From IMG/VR virus record IMGVR_UViG_3300022748_000008: a stretch of 42,847 nt of DNA, one strand, 5' to 3'. Below the pieces are notes generated by a model that was given only the letters and a program-made list of their open reading frames with translations, did not search any database and was not told where the DNA came from. Made by a program: the position numbers and the translations under genes. This stretch comes from a virus. Below are positions 38,791-42,847 of this stretch, piece by piece; position 1 is the first letter of the stretch, and each line of letters begins with the position of its first letter.

Positions 38791-39011
38791 AAAAGCCAAT
38801 TCGCCTCGACCCCGCAAGCCTTGGCGATGCGCTCGACGCGCTTTTTCCCCGGTCTTTCACCATTGACGACGATCTTTCGCATGGCTGAGTAGTCGATGGC
38901 GGCGAGCTTTGCTAGCTGCGTCACCCGCGACGGCTTCCGCCCGCGCCCCTCGCGCACGTCGATTGGTGGCAGCTTGCCCATGGCGGTTTTGAGTCGGTCA
39001 GAAAATGTCAT
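38781..39011 (-). CDS. XRE-like HTH protein (76 aa), last gene of the long leftward operon
   Basis: VTQLAKLAAIDYSAMRKIVVNGERPGKKRVERIAKACGVEANWLFYG. The start was moved to ATG at 39011. Confidence 0.6.
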   Translation of the reverse strand: MTFSDRLKTAMGKLPPIDVREGRGRKPSRVTQLAKLAAIDYSAMRKIVVNGERPGKKRVERIAKACGVEANWLFYG

Positions 39012-39013
39012 GC

Positions 39014-39286
39014 TTAGTACCGCTGGTAAATGCCGCAATTCGTGCATAGGTGGCCTTCTGGCGTGAGATAGAACAGTTGGTTGCCGCAGTTGCATTCGCG
39101 CACCAATTCGCCTGTTGCAGGGGCAAAAGGGAACTTGAACAGGCCTTTCATCGTTTTGCACTCGGGGCATTCAAGCTGCACCGTTCCGGTTGGCGCAACA
39201 GCTACCCACTCGTGGCTGCATTGAAGACAGAACGCGTTGCCGTGCGCGTGCTGTTCACGCTTGGGGAATAGCTCGACAACTGTCAT
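39014..39286 (-). CDS. Zinc-ribbon protein (90 aa)
   Basis: CLQCSHEW...CPECK...CNCG...CTNCG give four CxxC pairs. It has an ATGA overlap upstream. Confidence 0.55.
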   Translation of the reverse strand: MTVVELFPKREQHAHGNAFCLQCSHEWVAVAPTGTVQLECPECKTMKGLFKFPFAPATGELVRECNCGNQLFYLTPEGHLCTNCGIYQRY

Positions 39287-39459
39287 GCTGCGTCTTTCTG
39301 CTTGCAGTCGTCGTGGGTTCGGTCTGCGTACATCAGCAAACCGATCACCATTCCGCACTTTGTGCACTTCCAACTCATGTAGGTATGATTCGGACAGTCT
39401 GGACAAGCCATTTTGCGAGACTGACAAGCGCCAAGCTCTGCGCATGTTCTTTCGCTCAT
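39283..39459 (-). CDS. Cys-rich small protein (58 aa)
   Basis: MSERTCAELGACQSRKMACPDCPNHTYMSWKCTKCG. ATGA overlaps occur at both ends. Confidence 0.5.
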   Translation of the reverse strand: MSERTCAELGACQSRKMACPDCPNHTYMSWKCTKCGMVIGLLMYADRTHDDCKQKDAA

Positions 39460-39986
39460 GCGTTCCCCTTGATGCCGTGGGCGGCAGGAATAGGCATCCA
39501 ATGACATTCCCATGTGTTGAAGTCACGTTTAGTCACTCCCGCGCCATACTGAAATGACCCGCCTGTGTGTCGTCCGTAGTACGTCTTACCGCCGTGGCAA
39601 AACAAAACAGGCTCGCCGATGTGTGGCAAGAATTGCGCTTGTGTTTTGTCGTTTGGGTCAATCCACAGCGGCTTGCGTTGTTGTGGCCTGTCGAACACTG
39701 GCTCTGCGTCCTTGATGCGTGTCCTCCAGTCGCTGCCGCTACCGCTGTCGATGTATTTGTAGCCGTACCCGTCGAAGTCGTAACGCATCGCCACAGGCTC
39801 ATCCTGTGGAGTTGAGGTGAGTATTTGTCCACGCTCGCTTTTCTCGTACGTACCACTCTTGATAATCTCACCGCACTCTTCACACGTTTGTTCCCATGTA
39901 AGATTTGAGTAGTGCGTCATTTTTTGATTTGAGTGATCGCATTCAAAAGTCGCATTAAGTAGTTTTTCCATTGCGTTTCTATTCAT
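39456..39986 (-). CDS. Hypothetical protein (176 aa) ending in an AHGIK motif
   Basis: The ORF has ATGA coupling. Its 5' part is AT-rich (21/60 G+C at 39901-39960). Confidence 0.6.
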   Translation of the reverse strand: MNRNAMEKLLNATFECDHSNQKMTHYSNLTWEQTCEECGEIIKSGTYEKSERGQILTSTPQDEPVAMRYDFDGYGYKYIDSGSGSDWRTRIKDAEPVFDRPQQRKPLWIDPNDKTQAQFLPHIGEPVLFCHGGKTYYGRHTGGSFQYGAGVTKRDFNTWECHWMPIPAAHGIKGNA

Positions 39987-40621
39987 GGCTGCTCCTTAAT
40001 GCCGTGGGCGTCTTCGATGGCTCTGGCAAACTTTAAAACAATATATTCGTCTTGAATGCGAACTGTTTGATTTAGAGCTTTTCGATATGCTTCAAAAATG
40101 TGTTCTTGATGAAGCGGCTCGCGTTGTTGTGGTGTGGTGTAGAGAGGCTGAACGCCGCCATCGCTCATGAAATGCTTTGCTTCTGCAACACGCTCACCAT
40201 CATCGGAATAAACCCACTGCTTCCAATACGGCGCAGGCATCCAGCGCCACGCCACAGGCTCACCCTGCTCTTGCTTTTCTTCTGCAAGGGCTTTCTCGAT
40301 GCACTCGGTGACATAGTCATCAAATAACGCTTTAATGACTGCTTTATCGGTGTTTGGTTTGCTGCATTTGCCGCCAGTGACATGGTCGATCAAGGCAGAC
40401 AAGCCATCCAAGACCATGTGGTAATCAGACATTTCAGCCTCTACGCGCTCGGCTGTCCAACCGTCTGGGTAAACACCTTGCCAAAACTCTGCGGCTGGCT
40501 GCTCTTGCTTGGGTGGTGCATCACAAACAGAACAGCGGTTTTCCCATCGCACTCCGTGGTCACACCGTTCCTTGTAACCTTCCAGCGTCACAGGCTGCTT
40601 GTTTGATTGTTTCTGTCTCAT
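39983..40621 (-). CDS. Hypothetical protein (212 aa) ending in FARAIEDAHGIKEQP
   Basis: The ORF has ATGA coupling at both ends. Confidence 0.6.
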   Translation of the reverse strand: MRQKQSNKQPVTLEGYKERCDHGVRWENRCSVCDAPPKQEQPAAEFWQGVYPDGWTAERVEAEMSDYHMVLDGLSALIDHVTGGKCSKPNTDKAVIKALFDDYVTECIEKALAEEKQEQGEPVAWRWMPAPYWKQWVYSDDGERVAEAKHFMSDGGVQPLYTTPQQREPLHQEHIFEAYRKALNQTVRIQDEYIVLKFARAIEDAHGIKEQP

Positions 40622-40815
40622 GGTGATTCCTTGATGCTGTGCAGCGCCTCGATAGCGCGTGCGAATTCCACGGGGCCGCTATGTTTTGCGTATAGGTTGC
40701 GAATGACTGACGCCTTCAACGGCTTGCGAATGAGGTGGTTGGCGTTCTCGCTGTGCACGATCACGCCCCTGTCATCGCGCACCAGCTTGACGTAGGAAAT
40801 GGTCACGTCATTCAT
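40618..40815 (-). CDS. Hypothetical protein (65 aa) ending in FARAIEALHSIKESP
   Basis: The start was moved to ATG at 40815. The track start at 40851 would overlap the upstream gene by 44 nt. Confidence 0.5.
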   Translation of the reverse strand: MNDVTISYVKLVRDDRGVIVHSENANHLIRKPLKASVIRNLYAKHSGPVEFARAIEALHSIKESP

Positions 40816-40945
40816 GGTTGCCTTCCACGTCGAATGGGTCAGCCAGCGCATCGCGCAGCCACCACAGCATCACGCCGACAAAGAGCACGATGCTCCCGAA
40901 AATCAGCGCCAGCAGAGTTAGCAGGCTTCGTGTGTCGTCGTTCAT
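40808..40945 (-). CDS. Small membrane protein (45 aa)
   Basis: MNDDTRSLLTLLALIFGSIVLFVGVMLWWLRDALADPFDVEGNHE. It has an ATGA overlap upstream. Confidence 0.5.
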   Translation of the reverse strand: MNDDTRSLLTLLALIFGSIVLFVGVMLWWLRDALADPFDVEGNHE

Positions 40946-41184
40946 ATTGCTGGTTGCTCCTTGAGTTTGTTTCCGCGCTTGTTCACGCATACGAGTTTGC
41001 CGCTGTCCGTGTAGACGAACCACGCATTCGGGCCACCGATGGCGGCGCACAGTCGGTATGCGGTGGCGTCCGTTGGGCGCGGCGTTAAGGCTTCTATTTT
41101 CATCGCGTGCCCGTCAAGCATGTAGGCGCTGCCCACGGCGACGATAACAGCGGCGGCAATCAGCCAGTCAATAAGTCGTTTCAT
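40942..41184 (-). CDS. Signal-anchor/secreted small protein (80 aa)
   Basis: MKRLIDWLIAAAVIVAVGSAYM is a hydrophobic N-terminus. An AAGGGG SD is present. Confidence 0.55.
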   Translation of the reverse strand: MKRLIDWLIAAAVIVAVGSAYMLDGHAMKIEALTPRPTDATAYRLCAAIGGPNAWFVYTDSGKLVCVNKRGNKLKEQPAI

Positions 41185-41196
41185 TCGATACCCCTT

Positions 41197-41301
41197 TCAC
41201 AGATCGCCGGTCATTGCCAAGGCGTGATTGATGATGTGCAGCGGGTACCTGACACCGGCACGCACTGCGTCGAGAATTTTGTGGGCATGATCGCGGCTCA
41301 T
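41197..41301 (-). CDS. Very small ORF (34 aa), below the track cutoff
   Basis: Hand translation gives MSRDHAHKILDAVRAGVRYPLHIINHALAMTGDL. It has an ATGA overlap with the HNH gene stop. Confidence 0.35.
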   Translation of the reverse strand: MSRDHAHKILDAVRAGVRYPLHIINHALAMTGDL

Positions 41302-41801
41302 CGCATCAGCCCCAAGAACGGATTGCCAGAAAGATTCACCCAAGACTTGCCAGCACGGATACGGCAAATCACGGTCTTGTCAACGCCATATTTGGCGGCT
41401 TCCTCGCGGCTTGGACGGTTCGACAAACGGATGGCGTCTGCAATTTCCTGCGTTAGCTTTGCCGATGTTGCGCGTTTGTGGGCCTGCACCTTGGCTGCAC
41501 GCAACGGGTTGCCTGCCGCTTTCTTTGCAATGCGGACGCTGAACTTTTGCTTTGTGAGGTGTTTGAGGTGGTTTGGATATACACACGCGGGGTTGTCGCA
41601 CTTGGTCACGATGTAGCCGCCCTCTGGGTAGCCGCGCTCAAGCAAATCGACAAACAGGCGGCGCACGGAAATCATCTTCCCGCCATGGCAAACCTGCGGC
41701 ACCTTGTTGCCGAAGTAGCCTTGCCATTCCCAACAGTCGCCGACTTCAATCGTGCGAGCTTGCAGGCTTTCGGGCGTGTGGTATGTGATGCGGCGGGTCA
41801 T
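41298..41801 (-). CDS. HNH_3-type endonuclease-like protein with C-terminal HTH
   Basis: CWEWQGYFGNK...SVRRLFVDLLERGYPEGGYIVTKCDNPACVYPNHLKHLT matches the HNH_3 pattern. The C-terminus is REEAAKYGVDKTVICRIRAGKSW. Confidence 0.65.
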   Translation of the reverse strand: MTRRITYHTPESLQARTIEVGDCWEWQGYFGNKVPQVCHGGKMISVRRLFVDLLERGYPEGGYIVTKCDNPACVYPNHLKHLTKQKFSVRIAKKAAGNPLRAAKVQAHKRATSAKLTQEIADAIRLSNRPSREEAAKYGVDKTVICRIRAGKSWVNLSGNPFLGLMR

Positions 41802-42016
41802 GCTTGGCCCTTTGCACGGATGCGTTCAAGAAAGTCGGCGTGCGAAATTTGGCGTCCAGTTGCTTTGTCAATGATGATTTCACCGCTGCCAATGACGCCA
41901 TCTTTGGAGCGCAGCCCATGTGTCCCGCTGCCTCCGCAGTTTGTGCAGTTGTACCCGTTGTCTAAGATGCCGTAGCCATTGCAGCGCGGGCATGTACGAA
42001 AATCGAATTCGCTCAT
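41798..42016 (-). CDS. DnaJ-type CxxCxGxG zinc-finger protein (72 aa)
   Basis: CPRCNGYG and CTNCGGSG repeats are present. The start was moved to ATG at 42016, which has a GGAGGAA SD. Confidence 0.6.
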   Translation of the reverse strand: MSEFDFRTCPRCNGYGILDNGYNCTNCGGSGTHGLRSKDGVIGSGEIIIDKATGRQISHADFLERIRAKGQA

Positions 42017-42141
42017 GGTTCCTCCGGTTCTAGTTCTTCTTTGCGCCCGCAGTCGTCGCACTGTCCATAGTTCCAATGCGGCTGGCGGTACATAGGTCCA
42101 CCACACGCGGGGCAAGTCCATTCATCGTCGTCGTCGTTCAT
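42013..42141 (-). CDS. Small zinc-ribbon ORF (42 aa), below the track cutoff
   Basis: Hand translation gives MNDDDDEWTCPACGGPMYRQPHWNYGQCDDCGRKEELEPEEP. ATGA overlaps occur at both ends. Confidence 0.45.
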   Translation of the reverse strand: MNDDDDEWTCPACGGPMYRQPHWNYGQCDDCGRKEELEPEEP

Positions 42142-42398
42142 GCGGCACCGCCTTCTTTTCGGTAGTCATCCCAGTTGTTAGGCAGTATCAAATCCACGTG
42201 CTCACCGAAGTGCTTGTCAAAGGTTTCGACCAAATGGCGGTAGTCACCTGACATCATTTCCTTTCGGATAGGCTCGAAATCGATATTCATCGCGCGAGCC
42301 AAATTGCTGCCAATACCAAGCACGCTCCACGCGTTGCCTTCCGGCCCATTCAAGTCAATGACGTGCTTGCGTGCAGGTTTACGTGCGACTAGGGTCAT
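42138..42398 (-). CDS. Hypothetical protein (86 aa)
   Basis: The ORF has ATGA coupling. Confidence 0.6.
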   Translation of the reverse strand: MTLVARKPARKHVIDLNGPEGNAWSVLGIGSNLARAMNIDFEPIRKEMMSGDYRHLVETFDKHFGEHVDLILPNNWDDYRKEGGAA

Positions 42399-42616
42399 AC
42401 AGCACCCCCTTCGGTGTCATCAGACGGCAGGTGTTTGATGCTTTGCTCGGCTGGTTGGCGTGCAGGGCGCACACCCACCACCATGTCGTAGTGCCCAATC
42501 TTCAACGGCTGGCGTGGCTGTGTTTCGATGGTGAGAACCAATCCGCACTCGCGTGCCAGTTCAACGAGGGCCACCGCCCGGCGCAAGATCACGTCGCGGT
42601 TTGTTTCTTCACTCAT
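42395..42616 (-). CDS. Hypothetical protein (73 aa)
   Basis: The ORF has ATGA coupling. Confidence 0.6.
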   Translation of the reverse strand: MSEETNRDVILRRAVALVELARECGLVLTIETQPRQPLKIGHYDMVVGVRPARQPAEQSIKHLPSDDTEGGAV

Positions 42617-42847
42617 GCTTGTTCTCCTGTCGCTTTGGCGATGGCGGCGCGGGCTTCACGAACTGCTTTCCAGCCGGTGACTAACCCCTCACACATCGGG
42701 CAAGTCTCTGCCATGTGGTTGCACCCGAAAGTTTTTGGCTTCTCATCGTGGTCGGTGGAATGGCTGTGGAAGCGGTCTACCATTCCTTGCAGAGCATCCA
42801 ACAGCTCAGGCGCTGCGGCGATCAGGTTGACGTTGTTGGCACCAAAA
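42613..42847 (-). CDS. C-terminal part of the junction-spanning 115-aa ORF (see 1..240)
   Basis: The frame is open to the window end. It contains CNHMAETCPMCEG. The track start at 42801 is a TTG internal to the longer ORF. Confidence 0.6.
   Translation of the reverse strand, partial: FGANNVNLIAAAPELLDALQGMVDRFHSHSTDHDEKPKTFGCNHMAETCPMCEGLVTGWKAVREARAAIAKATGEQA
42721..42847. repeat. Terminal direct repeat, copy 2 (identical to 1..127)
   Basis: Same as copy 1. Confidence 0.95.

Larger units (their letters stand above)
1..42847. mobile_element. Complete temperate myovirus-type phage genome (circularly closed contig, 42,720 bp unique)
   Basis: Integrase, cI/Cro-like switch, recombination, replication, packaging, head, contractile tail and lysis modules are all present. 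The ends are an exact 127-bp duplication. Confidence 0.85.

Overview
The window is a complete, circularly closed genome of a temperate tailed phage or excised prophage. The first 127 bp are identical to the last 127 bp, so the unique length is 42,720 bp. The tail genes are of the contractile Mu/P2 type. Hand counts give about 63-70% G+C in core genes, with several patches at 35-48%.

Layout:
- (a) A leftward recombination/early operon (6451 down to 523) encodes RecT, a PD-(D/E)XK exonuclease, NinB, a Ref-like HNH nuclease, SSB, RdgC, dUTPase and an Xis-like protein.
- (b) A second run of 16 tightly coupled small leftward genes (398 down through the contig junction to 38781) is rich in zinc-ribbon proteins and ends in an HTH gene.
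- (c) An immunity cassette (6705-7766) has a leftward cI-like repressor plus an overlapping downstream ORF, and a rightward Cro-like gene.
- (d) A rightward replication/regulation block (7763-10561) has a DUF1376 initiator with internal iterons, an HTH_39 protein and a VRR-NUC protein.
- (e) Two tandem terminators are followed by a ParB-DNA methyltransferase fusion.
- (f) The late operon (12598-36529) encodes TerS, TerL, portal, scaffold, capsid, sheath, tube, a chaperone with a -1 frameshift, tape measure, baseplate, two fibre genes, holin candidates, a GH19 endolysin and embedded Rz/Rz1 spanins.
- (g) An Xis-like gene, a 560-bp non-coding candidate attP region, and a tyrosine integrase coupled to an AT-rich HEPN-like gene.

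Most interesting observations:
- A signal-peptide PLD-family Nuc endonuclease moron with its own terminator sits between portal and scaffold.
- A conserved composite palindromic element lies upstream of three leftward transcription units.
- An antisense membrane ORF exactly fills the gap before the tape-measure gene.
- The int-coupled HEPN-like gene is AT-rich relative to int.
- An ORF overlaps the repressor 3' end, in the position lambda rexAB occupies downstream of cI.
- The attP region lies between xis and int.

All functional calls come from motif recognition by eye. No database search was possible.
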